Under the pieces are notes generated by a model. That model did not search any database. It saw only the letters and a list, made by a program, of their open reading frames with translations, and had not been told where the DNA came from. A DNA stretch of 58,920 nucleotides, filler included, from Dugesia japonica (lineage: Eukaryota): assembly GCA_001938525.1 (NCBI GenBank). It is 4 parts of 4 records of this genome, joined end to end, with 100 filler letters (N's around TTAATTAATTAA, not from the genome) between each part and the next. Parts side by side here need not be neighbours in the genome. Positions count along the whole stretch, not along the records: positions 1 to 17,751 come from MQRL01610743.1; positions 17,852 to 27,667 come from MQRL01561371.1; 2 more parts are not named here. One strand, 5' to 3'. Positions 10,394 to 21,999 of the stretch are shown here, piece after piece; positions within the stretch are counted from its first letter, which is position 1; each line of letters opens with the position of its first letter. The position numbers were made by a program, and so were the translations under genes.

Positions 10394-11379
10394 ATGAATA
10401 GTCTTTATCCTAAATTAAGAATACATGATGCAAGTAATGAAAAAAGATTTGTAAATGAATCTGGCGACACTGTTAAATTTCTAAAAAATTATTGATAATC
10501 CTAAAGATGAATTGGATGCAGTAAATTTAAAATTTCTCGAAAGTAAATTAAAAACTTTAAAAATTCCTAATGACCCTAAAGATGAACATGATCCAGTAAA
10601 TTTAAAATATATAAATAAAATCAAACAAGAAATTGTTGCCTTTAATTTCCAGATTTTCAAACAATTAAAAGATGAACTTGATGCCATTAAAAGACAAAAA
10701 GAAATTGATTTTCTTAGAGAGTTAAAAATTATTGGCGACCCAAATAATAAACACAATCCACTTAAATTAAAACGAGAATTTAATCTTCTAATTTCTTTAG
10801 ACAAAAAGAACATCTTAACCCAGAATATGAAAAAAAAATTAATGAAAAATTAGAAATATAAATAAAAAAAATAAGTCTACAACGGTGTTGGAAAATTTAA
10901 ATGAATTAATTGAAAATTATTTACTATGAAATGATATTGAATTAGAAGAATATGTATTTTTTAAAATGTTTTTTTCCGTAGGTATGAAAATGAATTTCCT
11001 TATTATTCCGAGAATAAAATTTATGCATGCTTGGAAAAAGTAATAATAAATGGACGTTGGGAACAACCTAATGTTGAAAAACTATTTTTTTTCCTTGGAG
11101 TCCTTTAAAACTTTATTTTAAAGCTAAAACAGAAGTTGGTCCAATATGTATTTTTATTTCTGGATATACAAAAACACCTAAAATTAGTATTACTATTAGT
11201 TTTATTGGTTCTGATGAGATTGTAGATTTTAATTTAAAAAAACGGGAGAATTTAAATTGGAAATAAACACCTTAAATTTTAAATATGGAAAAACTGGGCA
11301 AAGTAGTGATATAAGAAATATTTTAACTGATAAAAGATCTGAGTGGTTATTGAATAGAATAGAAAGTGTAAAAATATAA
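10394..11379 (+). pseudogene. Putative fibre/spike-like protein, disrupted
   Basis: FVNESGDT followed by repeated P-x-D-x2-D-(A/P)-VNLK-(F/Y) units (NPKDELDAVNLKF, DPKDEHDPVNLKY, degenerate DPNNKHNPLKLK), coiled-coil segments and a beta-rich tail; located right after the protease. Confidence 0.5.
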
Positions 11380-11479
11380 ATTTTTTATTTGATTTTACCA
11401 GCAAATATTTATATTAATAACCTTGTACTTGTCTTGAAGATCATACAAAAATAATATTTGAAAATTTACCATAATAAAA

Positions 11480-12021
11480 ATGGCAGAAGAATCCTTGAAT
11501 CCAGATTTAAAAAATTATCGTGAGGAAATAAATAATTATACACTTGAAGATCTAAAATCAAAATTGTCATCTCTAAGAATTAAAGATTTTGAAAATTACT
11601 TATATTTTATAAATGATAAAATAAAACACTATCGAAAATTTTATAGTAAATAGGACAAATTTTATTTGGAACCGGCGTTGCCATTGTAGGTGTAATTTTT
11701 GCAACTCCACTTGGTCTTGGTATTACTACAATAGGTCTTCCTATAATAACTGGAATAGGATCTGTAATTCCAATTACTGGCGCTTTAAATTCATCACTAA
11801 TTCAAAAGAAGAAAAAGAAGTATGCAAATCTTATTGTAAAATTAGAGGCCGTAAAAAATAAACTTTTCCTATTTCAACAAAAGGCCTTAAATGTTAATAT
11901 TTTAACAGATGATGAAATTTCTACAAGTAAGACAATGATTCGGGAAGTTTAAGAAATAATTTTAAAATCAAAAGATCAAAATCCGGATTACCAAAATTTA
12001 TTAAAAGATTTTAAAGTTTAA
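11480..12021 (+). pseudogene. Two-transmembrane-helix protein with basic and helical C-terminal region
   Basis: MAEESLNPDL... then, after a frameshift, ILFGTGVAIVGVIFATPLGLGITTIGLPIITGIGSVIPITGAL, KKKKKY, KALNVNILTDDEI; the 3' end overlaps the PolB stop. Confidence 0.6.
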
Positions 12022-15000
12022 CCTGTGGGGCCATGTCCTAATACCATTATCCTCAATTAAAATTTTGTCATCATAGGCAGTCATTGCTATTTTATGTTGA
12101 GAAACTAATTCTACTTCATGACCTCGTGATTGCAAACTATAATTCACTCCATAAACTACTTCCTTGGGGTTCGCTAAAATTTTATCATACTCTTCCATTT
12201 TTATCTTATTTGCCTTAGCTGTGCCCTTGTGTTTTGCATTAAAATTTATATTTCTATCTAATGTCTCATAATTAACTCCATAACATTTCGAGCTTATAAA
12301 ATTACATTGTGTAATTTCACTATTAGGCATTTCATCTTTCATTTGAAAGAGTTCGTTTCCTAATAGTGTTTTAAACTTGTCCAAATTTTCTTGCCCCCTA
12401 ATTTCCACAAAGAGGGAATCTGTATCTGTATAGTGAATTTTTTACTTTTCTATTCCAATTAATGGTTCCATCTTTTTATATACAAAATTATACATAACTT
12501 CTTTTGCGTATTCTAAAATAGTAAAACCAATGTATGGAAATTTATTATATTTGAAAGTTGCCTGCTGCATGTGCATTGCTGCTGAAGTTGGAGAAAAAGT
12601 TTTTGAAGATTTGTAAGTTAGTTTCGAAGCAAACCTTTGAAATTCTTTATTAGTTCCTACAATTTCCACATTACAACGATTCCTAATATTTTCTAGGGTT
12701 TTACCATAAAAGGAATTATTTGCCATTTTAAAAATATGGTCCCCATTTTCATCACCATTTCGTTTCGCCTCATTTCTCTTCTCAACATTAAAAAGAATAT
12801 ATGGTCTTAACCACGGCCTTGTTGGCACTTTATATTTACAATGAATTTTTTTAACTTCATTCCAAGTTCCAAATATAAATCCAATGTTCTTCCAAGAATT
12901 ATGTAATTTTCTTTGTTAAATTGATTTAATGTTAATTTAACATTATCCTTTGAAAGTTGTTTATAAAATGCCTTTTGATATGGTGCTAGCATCTCCTCTC
13001 TAATATTTGTCCTCTCGTAGATCTCTGGAGGATATTCCAAATCAACCTCATAGAGGAAATTATAGTTGTCGGTTGATTTTTCGTATTCTAAATCCTCACA
13101 TTCTGTGAAATCACCTGTTGGAAGAGGTTTTGTCGTACAGGCGGAATATAAGGAATTTTGATCGATATATTTTATAAAAGTCTCTTCAATATATTTTTGA
13201 AGAATTTCTTCATTAGAATTTAAGATTGTTATTAAATCCTCAAAATCCGCCCTATTTAATTGCCTTGTGTGTGGGTCTTTCTTTGGATTGTAGCTAAAGA
13301 CTTGTCTCTCAGCAGTTACTGCTGATACTCCTCCACGGCTTCCTCCTTCATTTTTTAAAAAGTAATTGTATGTTTCTTCCTTTGCATATTTTAACCAAAC
13401 AACTGTAAATTTAATTCCAGCTATCCATGTAAGTCCTGGCTATGAGCAACAGTAACATGGATCGATTTCATAATATTCTATAGAAAGTTCACGAAAACTT
13501 TTGAAAAATTCCGCAAGAATTAAAACGTCGATTTTCATATAGTGAAGTGTATATTCCCACATATTTTTAAATGAAAAAAAGTCTATTAAAAAATTCTTAT
13601 ATTCTATGTCGGTTATGTATTTTGTTTTAGTTCGCTATGAAAATCGTCTGCTGTGGGAATTTTATTGCTTTTTAATAATTTTATTACCTCTTGTGTGTTT
13701 GAACCTTTTACATTTTCATAAGGAAATGATATTTTTTTGCTTTAAGATTGAAAGATTTTAAATGTGGATATTTGCCGGTTTTATTTAATTTTTCACCCAT
13801 TCCCTCAATCGATATCAGTGGGCACATTCTGCATGAATCAAGGAATCTAATTCTTTTAAATCTAAAAGAAATATATTCCTCATCATTGTGTGGTATAATT
13901 CCTTTAATATCATTTGGGTGTTTTTCTTTAAGTTCTCGGAAAAATAAGTGATTATCATAACCAGCCGCATTATGAAAGTTAAATGGTATAAACAAATTTG
14001 TCTTAATATTTTTATATTTAAAGTTACAAAACTCATGTGCGCCGCATATGAATTCTCCATTAAAAAAGTTATAGACCTCTTCTATATTTTCCCATAGTGT
14101 TTTTTTACAGTAAAAACATTCATTTTTTAAAATTCTAGGTTGTTGCTTAATTGTAAGTAATGATTTTATTTCTATTATCTCATTTATTTTTTCATTTAAC
14201 TCTTCTAAAAATTTTATAAAATCATTTATCACGTTTTCACTAGAAAATACCTTATACTCTGTTTGAATTAAATCTTCGTGTTTGCTTGCAAGATAAACTC
14301 CAAGGGCGATTGGTTTTTGTTTTTTACTGAATGTGTTGGTGTATGCTTCAAAATCTCCATAAACCACGAAAGGAGCTTTAATCATAAAATTATAATCCCT
14401 AAATGAAAAATATTCCTTTGTCTCAAATTTAATTTCCCGGGGGTCATAATGAGCACACTCCCTTTGATGTCTTTTAAATAATACTTCGCTTTGATAAGCA
14501 TTCATAAAATTTACACACAAATGTTTTTTATGTGCCACACTAATAAATCCATTTAAATTTTTACACAAAATATAATGGCCCTGATAAATTAATAAATTAC
14601 ATTTATTTTCTTCTTGTGGTGGGCGGGGATCATAATAAGAAATATGAATTGGTTGTAATGATTTATCATTTTTTATAATTTTCAACTCTAAGACGTTAAT
14701 CTTCCAATTGTTTAATCTTTCAAATAGTTCTACATCATCAATCTTTGCTGGAAAATTAACCCCAGTTAAATTAAATTCATGAATGTGGGGTATATAATTA
14801 TTTTGTCTTGTTGGATGATCATAAGTGTATTTATGTGCTAAAAATGAATAGAGAAAACATTTATCATCATCATTTTTTATGTTAACAACTCCCCATTTAA
14901 TAAATGGTAACTGCACATATGTGGCACTCACCAATGATTTATAATATTCAAGAGTAAATGTAAAATTTATTATGAAGTCAAGAGACCACCCACTCTCACT

Positions 15001-15650
15001 CCTTTCCTGATCGGATAAATATTTATCTATTTCACTAATTAAACTCCCCACAGAATTTTTAATTTGAGATGCAATTGTTATTCTTATATTTTTTGCATAA
15101 AACCTGAAAGTTCTTGTTGTTTCCACATAATTTACAATTTTACTATATTTCCCTAATGCAGAAAGACGAATAAGTATTTACCACCTTAAATTAAAGAACT
15201 TTACTGTGTAAAAAATAATTTGTCTAAATCCCGTTTCAGAAATGTCTTTGGTAAACTCGATTTTGCTATTTCTAAAATATTCTATTTTATATTCTCGATA
15301 TTTTTCAATATTAAAAAACGTGGTAATTTCTATCATCTCTTGCGTTCTTTCTGGTTTTGGTAATTGCCTTCTATGCGCGTTGCCCGCGTAATGTGCTTTT
15401 GCTATACCTTGATTTGAAAATGTTAAATGACAAATTTCACATTTCAAACTTTCATTATCTGGGTTCCAACATAATGATGAAATTTTATGTTTTTGTAGAT
15501 GGATTTTTGTTTTAAATCCTTCACCGCACTTCTCAAACGGGAAAAAACTATTGGTGTTTTACATACAAATAAATTTCTGTGGGTTGTAAGACCCGAACGA
15601 TTTTTAATAACTGCTCCACAATACTGACACTTGAATATTTCCACTGCCAT
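12001..15650 (-). pseudogene. polB: Protein-primed family B DNA polymerase (~1215 codons) with three N-terminal zinc fingers, multiply disrupted
   Basis: ExoI VYGDFEA, ExoII FHNAAGYDNH, ExoIII HYMKID; polymerase motifs YIDQNSLY (~13150-13170), KMANNSFYGKT and YTDTDSL (~12413-12433). ORFs 15178-15447 and 13708-15126 share a frame separated by one TAA. Confidence 0.95.
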
Positions 15651-15741
15651 TTTATAAAGATAAACTTTAATCATATTTTTAAAATCATGGCTTAAAATTT
15701 TCTGGGTGTGAGGGGTGCCTCTTAAAGCGGAATTTTTATTT

Positions 15742-16186
15742 AAAATCTTTAGTTGTAGAATTTTTCATGTTTTATTTAAAATCGCTCATTAAAAATTTTT
15801 TATGCTTTATGTAAAATCGCTCATTAAAAATTTTTTATACTTTATGTAAAATCGCTCATTTTAAATTTTTCATGTTTTATTTAAAATCGCTCATTAAAAA
15901 TTTTTCATGTTTTATTTAAAATCATTAATCACGAATTTTTTATAATTTATGTAAAATCACTCATTTTAAATTTTTTATGTTTTGTTTAAAATCGCTCATT
16001 AAAAATTTTTTTATAGTTTATGTAAAATCATGAATCGCGAATTTTTTTGAAAAATCGGAAAATTTCGATTTTTTATTATTCAATATTTTATGAAAAATCG
16101 CGAATTTTTCGATTTTTTTAAAAAATGAAAAATGGCGGTTTCCTATGAAAATGATGGTGGTTAAGGTTAACCATAATACCATTACT
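15742..16186 (-). repeat. Right terminal inverted repeat (~445 bp) with 8 units of the ~35-bp internal repeat
   Basis: Unit consensus (minus strand) AATGAGCGATTTTA(A/C)ATAAAACAT(G/A)AAAAATTTTT, tandemly repeated over about 15760-16030. Confidence 0.93.
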
Positions 16187-17751
16187 TTTACCTTTTTACG
16201 CAACGCAAACAATTTAAAAAGAATATAAATTATATTGTGATTGCAGTTTTAAACTTAAAAATATTTAAACTACAAATGAATTTCAAGAAAGATTAATGAA
16301 CGCAATAAATTAATGCTAAATACAGTATCAAATGAAATTAAATTGTACGGATTGGAAAATCATTTAATTTATAAAATTACTGAAGAAAAAAGTCAATTCC
16401 TGAAGAAGACTAAGTCGAATTGTTATCAAATATCAATAAAAAAAACAAAACATTTGATCGAAGCTTTTATTTTAAATGAATTCTGTAAAACGATCAATGG
16501 TTATGTTCAACAATAATTCTCGCAATAATTGTAATTGGAAAACCATTCATTCAGAATTGTAAATTGAAAATTCAATTTAAAAATATTTAATATTATTATA
16601 CACTGAGGAAGCAAATTTGTTATTTGATTTGCGTATAACGTGGTACAGACTGTTTAAAATTTTTATGGAAAAAGTTTCAACTTCAAGATAACAAAGTATT
16701 TGAGACTAAATCCCGACAGTGATGGTTATATTTCTTGGAGAGAATTTATAGCAGATGGCATCATTTATATTCCAAGACTAAGCATTCTTTTCTCTTCTCG
16801 TAAATGCAGCATTTTTAATCACCAGTAACAATGTGAGGCAAAAAAGCTCACTATTGCTGACGAGCTAGTGATGAAACGTAAATATCGACACTCTTATTTT
16901 TATTGATTTTAGTCAAAGCTCGCAGCACATATACACCAATTTTTGAACTTTCCCATGGATTTTAAAAGTCAATTAGTTCTAATCCACCACAATGGCCAAT
17001 TTCCGAGTTGTTTGGCGTGAATTTTAATGAATTAAGAAGGCCGTATAATCATCATCAAGGATTCATTGTCTTCAAGAACGCTGAGTATAGTTTATATCAA
17101 AATGACCTGCTTTGAAACGTGAAAATTATTTTTCTGCTGTACTTTTTACAATTGCATTCTTTCCAACAAACTGCACAAATGGTTCTTTTAGTTTCAGCAG
17201 GATTTGTTGAATTCAAATAATAATATGTCATTAAGATAACTTTAACATTTGCCTAAAAATACTCTTTTTTAAAAACATTGTTGCTTTTTAAAGAAATTCT
17301 ACTATCTTATGCATCAACACAATTCTATAAAGTTACCAATATCATACTGTGATCGCAAAATAATAATATTAAACTATTATAATGAGAGAAAAAAACAAGA
17401 CGAAATGTCTCGGTTTTTTATTAAACTTGTTTAACGTTATTCATTGTAAAAGGTAGAAATAGAAAATTAATTTTAAGTAGTAATGCCAAAATGATTTTTA
17501 GTTGGGTAGATATTTTTCTATTAAAATTCCCAAGAGGAGTTTGTAAGTCGACAGCAAAAATTACTGAAATTGTCTCCATTATTTGCTCAAAAGACACAGT
17601 ACCCCATAATGCCAAAATATTGTCTAAGAAAAAATTTGCAGAAACATTTTTATTTTAATTAAAATGCCATGTTGTCACTCATCAAATAAATGTAAGGTCT
17701 TTAAATGAAATATTTCTTCGCATATTTGTTCTTCTGATGAAAATACATTAC

Positions 17752-17851
17752 NNNNNNNNNNNNNNNNNNNNNNNNNNNNNNNNNNNNNNNNNNNNTTAAT
17801 TAATTAANNNNNNNNNNNNNNNNNNNNNNNNNNNNNNNNNNNNNNNNNNNN
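17752..17851. other. Artificial scaffold-joining spacer
   Basis: Exactly N44-TTAATTAATTAA-N44 (stop codons in all six frames). Confidence 0.95.
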
Positions 17852-18420
17852 TTGAAAATAAAAAGAACCAATGAGAAATTTATAACTGCAGAAAGATCAA
17901 GAAACCGATATAATCGAGTACATGCAATTCAAGATGAAGATTTCAGTACAAACGATGGATATGAGGAAGTATATTAAAGTGATTCCAAAAGGCACTACCC
18001 AAAAGGCAGGGCTCCACCAGTAGAAGAGTTGGTTGGAGACATCCATTGTTAAATGAAGTGAGTAATTATCCTCAAGGAGTCGAAAAGTGGCATGATATAG
18101 GAAAAGTTAAAGAAAAAGTATACAGGTTCTTAAAGAGAGAAAATTTTGCGGATGATATAAAAGTTGAATGGGTTGGAGCAGTTGAAGCAGAAAGGAAAAC
18201 AAATATTTTGTACCTGAAAGTGCAATGCAGACCACGTGTTACAATCTCAATTCAAGGAAATAAAGTCGAATGTCTATTAGATACAGTGGCTCGAATTAAC
18301 GTGATGAGTTTGAGTTATTTTAATAAATTACGAGAAGTAAATTTACAAATGAATGATGAAAGATTGCGTTGTGCAAATCATAGTTTACTTTAAATTGTTG
18401 GGAAGTTAGAACTGGAGTGA
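17852..18420 (+). mobile_element. Gypsy gag end / aspartic protease fragment
   Basis: VECLLDTVARINVMS (degenerate DTGA motif), LRCAN. Confidence 0.7.
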
Positions 18421-21400
18421 TAATTGATGAAGTTGATGGATATTGCAGCGTAGAACTAAAACCCTAAATGTCAAATTCTTAAATAAATAACGAAATTTCT
18501 GAATGGTATATTCATCGTTGGTCTGTTCAACAAATTATCCTAACCCTTAAGGGGTTGTAATTCTTCCAATAATTATAATGATCAATAAAAATTGTCACTA
18601 AATAATGACGAAAGAAATAATTATTAAAAATACCACGACCATAGTAATCACACGGTAAGCCTTGAAGCAATATGATATTATAAACATATCGAAGGCATTC
18701 CGGGGGTAATATTAATAGAAGTAAAAGGATAAGTCCTAAAGTAGTGTTGATTTTCCAGTGATAAAACAGGATAGGCAATTTTCTGAAAGCTAAAATCATT
18801 AAAACCCGTATTACTGTAATGTGACGGAGAATTGCATAGAGCCACTGTCAATAACTATTTGATCCGTAATAATGTTAAAATGATAGCGGTAAAGATATGG
18901 GAACACTTAGTTTAGTCTTATTAATCATGAAGACGACCATTAAAGCTGGTATGGATTACGATTGTAATAAACAGGGTGAGAAGTTTATTGCGATGTCATA
19001 ACGTTACTAATACTAACCATAATAAGGGTAGTGATGATGTTAATGATATAATGTTGACACCTTTAATATAATAAAATTAATAGTAAGAATATAATAATAA
19101 TTCTAATAACAGAATAACAACAAAATGACCACAATATAAAAATAATTTCACAATTAAAAGATTANNNNNNNNNNNNNNNNNNNNNATTCCGCTGGCGTCA
19201 CAAAAAAATCATCTCTTTTATTACGATATTGTTAATCCTACTAATAGCGATCTACATAATGTGGTAAACCATTGCGTTTAGCATCAAGGAATAAATATGA
19301 GATATTTAATCCTTTATAGATAGAACAAACATTACTACCCATAAGGATAATAATTCGTGTGCAATAAAACACAGAAATAATATCATTAACATTTACATTT
19401 TGGAACCTAGTGATGTCTGCAAGAGTAGATTTGAGATGTTTCGGATAGGATTTCAATTACCTCATCTTAATTCCAATTTACGCTTTATCTAAGAATGTCT
19501 GATAGAATGATCATCATAAAAATATACAAAACAAGACTGATCTCCAAATTAATAGCAAGATTTGATCCCAGTATTGAGATTGTTGGATGAATTTAATAGA
19601 GACAAGGCAAGTGTGAGTTGCATATAATACATTCAAAAAGGGTTATTCACTCTTGTTGTGTTGGCAGTTTGTGATTCAGCGCAACACACATACTAGTTTG
19701 TTTTTCTGGCTTAATATACTGAGTAAAATTAGAACACGATCTGGTACCACTGAATTATCATGTGAATTAGAGATATTTTAAGAAAAACATAATAAGTAAT
19801 CTTTTTCCGCTAAGCATGTGCATTTATGTTTGCCGAATTTAAGTCTGATCTGAGTAGTTCGTTATTCACCAGATATTAATTGCTTTAGATAAATGTATAG
19901 ACTTAGTTAACAGTTTAAATAATTAGTGAATAATAACACAAATAAATATTAGGATAAAGATTTTATTTAGCAATTATTAATTTATAATATGATTATTATT
20001 GAATTATGGCAACTCTTAACATATTCATTGATAAAATCATAGTTAATAATTTGTTCAACATACATAATGAACACTACTTACTGTTATAATTTAAGATTCT
20101 GCAAGGGATTTTTCTAATGATAAATGTAGATTTGAATGTGAATAACGGCTTCTGATTCCTTTTAAATGAAATTAAATTTTCTGCTAAATGACGGTAATTT
20201 TACTTTGAACTCTTTTGCTTTTCCAGTCAACGTGATGATATTTCTTGAAATTAGTCGAAGTTACTGTAATTTGTTGTTTTGTAGACATTTATACTGAATT
20301 CAAAAATATAAAATACAGTTTTGCATCAAAATTTGATAGAACCCTAAAATGATCTAGGTTAATTATGTTTTATCTTTGAATTAACTGGAAAATAATTAAT
20401 AATAAATCGCATTAAAAATATTCTAGGAATATTTCAACGCAAAAGAAAAGTCAATCAGAATATCTATAAATAATTTTGATTATGATTATGATTATAATAA
20501 ATTTATTAAAATTAAAACAATTAAATTACGAAATAAGTATTAGATTAAATAATTTTTATTGAGATATCTTACAAATAAATAAATTTCCAACATTTGCTTG
20601 TAAATAGTTAGATCATAAACATAACATTTTACGTGAATAATTATGAATTTATATGAGAATTCATGAAACAATATATAAATGAATTTCATTGTAAATTCCG
20701 TTGATCTGCATCAACTTTCCAAATTTAATGTTCGCACTATAATATGCCAAAAAGCCATTGTTTTCAACTGATGGCATCTTATTTGAATTAAAATACGGAT
20801 ACATGTCTGGTATTTTATCGTATATTACGATACCACCATAATCAGAGTTACAATCGTTCATATTTTTCAAAATATGAAATGACCTCAAATCCACACCTTG
20901 ATTGCCTTGTTTACTAAATTAATCAAATTTTTCTGCAAGAATTCCATGGAAATGATCCTATTAAATTTGTCTGGTTAAACCATTCATCATACCCTTGTTG
21001 TCAACTAGAAATGAAAGCCAAGCAACAATTTCATCATTAAAATTTCTAATTGTTAAATTGATCATGATTGATCGAATTGTATTCCATTCATTTAACAAAA
21101 CACTTTTAAAATTATCAGTAAAATTTTGATTCATAAATTTTTTATTTGATTTGTATCAATTATAGAATTGTTGTAATTATCTTTCGACGTGTAGTTTTGC
21201 AACGAATTTATAAGACTACAACTAACAATTCTAAATAAAATAACATTTGGTGATTCTTTTCTGAACAGCTTGCTGATGTTTTTATTTGCGTAATTTATGG
21301 TTGATGTAGCAAATTGGCAGGAATCATTAACCATAAAGAAACAATCAGTGTTCATTAGCCTTTACATAGAAGAGCAATTTAATATTTAAAACATAAATTT

Positions 21401-21999
21401 CATTGTTAAATTGTCAAATAGATGCCAATAATCTATAACACATATTCATGAAAATGATTGAACATCTATCAAATTGTGATGATGGATTTGAAGATTTAAT
21501 GTTCAACCAATAAAAACAATACACACTTCTTTCAAAATTCTTTACTCTTTAATAGGGTTTGTTATTTTGTTGCTAGAGTTTAAGTAAGGCGTTTAACAAT
21601 CATATTGGTTTTATAGGAATGATAAATTTTGATTGTTATTCACACAATATTTCAAAAATTAAATAATTAAGCTCAATTATAATTATTATTTTCTTTATTT
21701 GTCGGTTATAAAAAAAATTTTGAAAAATAAATCGAAGATTTCATTCGTTAATTTATGAAATGATTCTTTTAAAATAATGAAATCAACCAATTATCTTAGG
21801 TAAATCTTTTAAAGATAATTTATTTTCCTTGTAGCAAATATTCATTTCAAACATTTTCTTTCGCAATTATCAAGTATATCTAATTCAAATGAATATATGG
21901 TAAATAGAAATAATTATATAAAATAAATTATTTTAATACATTTCTACTGGCGGAAATTATTAATTATTTCCATATATCCATCTTCTTAAGAAACCTTCA

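Larger units (their letters stand above)
3359..16186. mobile_element. Complete Polinton/Maverick (adintovirus-like, group-2/beta-type) endogenous element, decayed
   Basis: Left end AGTAATGGTATTGTGGTTAACCTTAGCCACCATC is the near-perfect reverse complement of the right end (...GGTTAACCATAATACCATTACT, ends 16186). Flanked by identical hexamers TTTACC (3353-3358 and 16187-16192). Encodes pPolB, RVE integrase, major and minor capsid, cysteine protease and packaging ATPase. Confidence 0.97.

Noticed and set aside
4797-15650. Alternative genetic code or programmed recoding explaining in-frame stops
   Set aside because: All three stop types occur internally, genes also end in TAA or TGA, and there are many frameshifts and catalytic-residue substitutions; ordinary decay is sufficient.
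15760-16030. 35-bp repeats as a CRISPR array
   Set aside because: Units are head-to-tail with no unique spacers, lie inside a TIR, and there are no cas genes; the context is eukaryotic.
17796-17807. Conserved TTAATTAATTAA palindromic motif recurring three times
   Set aside because: Always centred in exactly 44+44 Ns; a synthetic linker.
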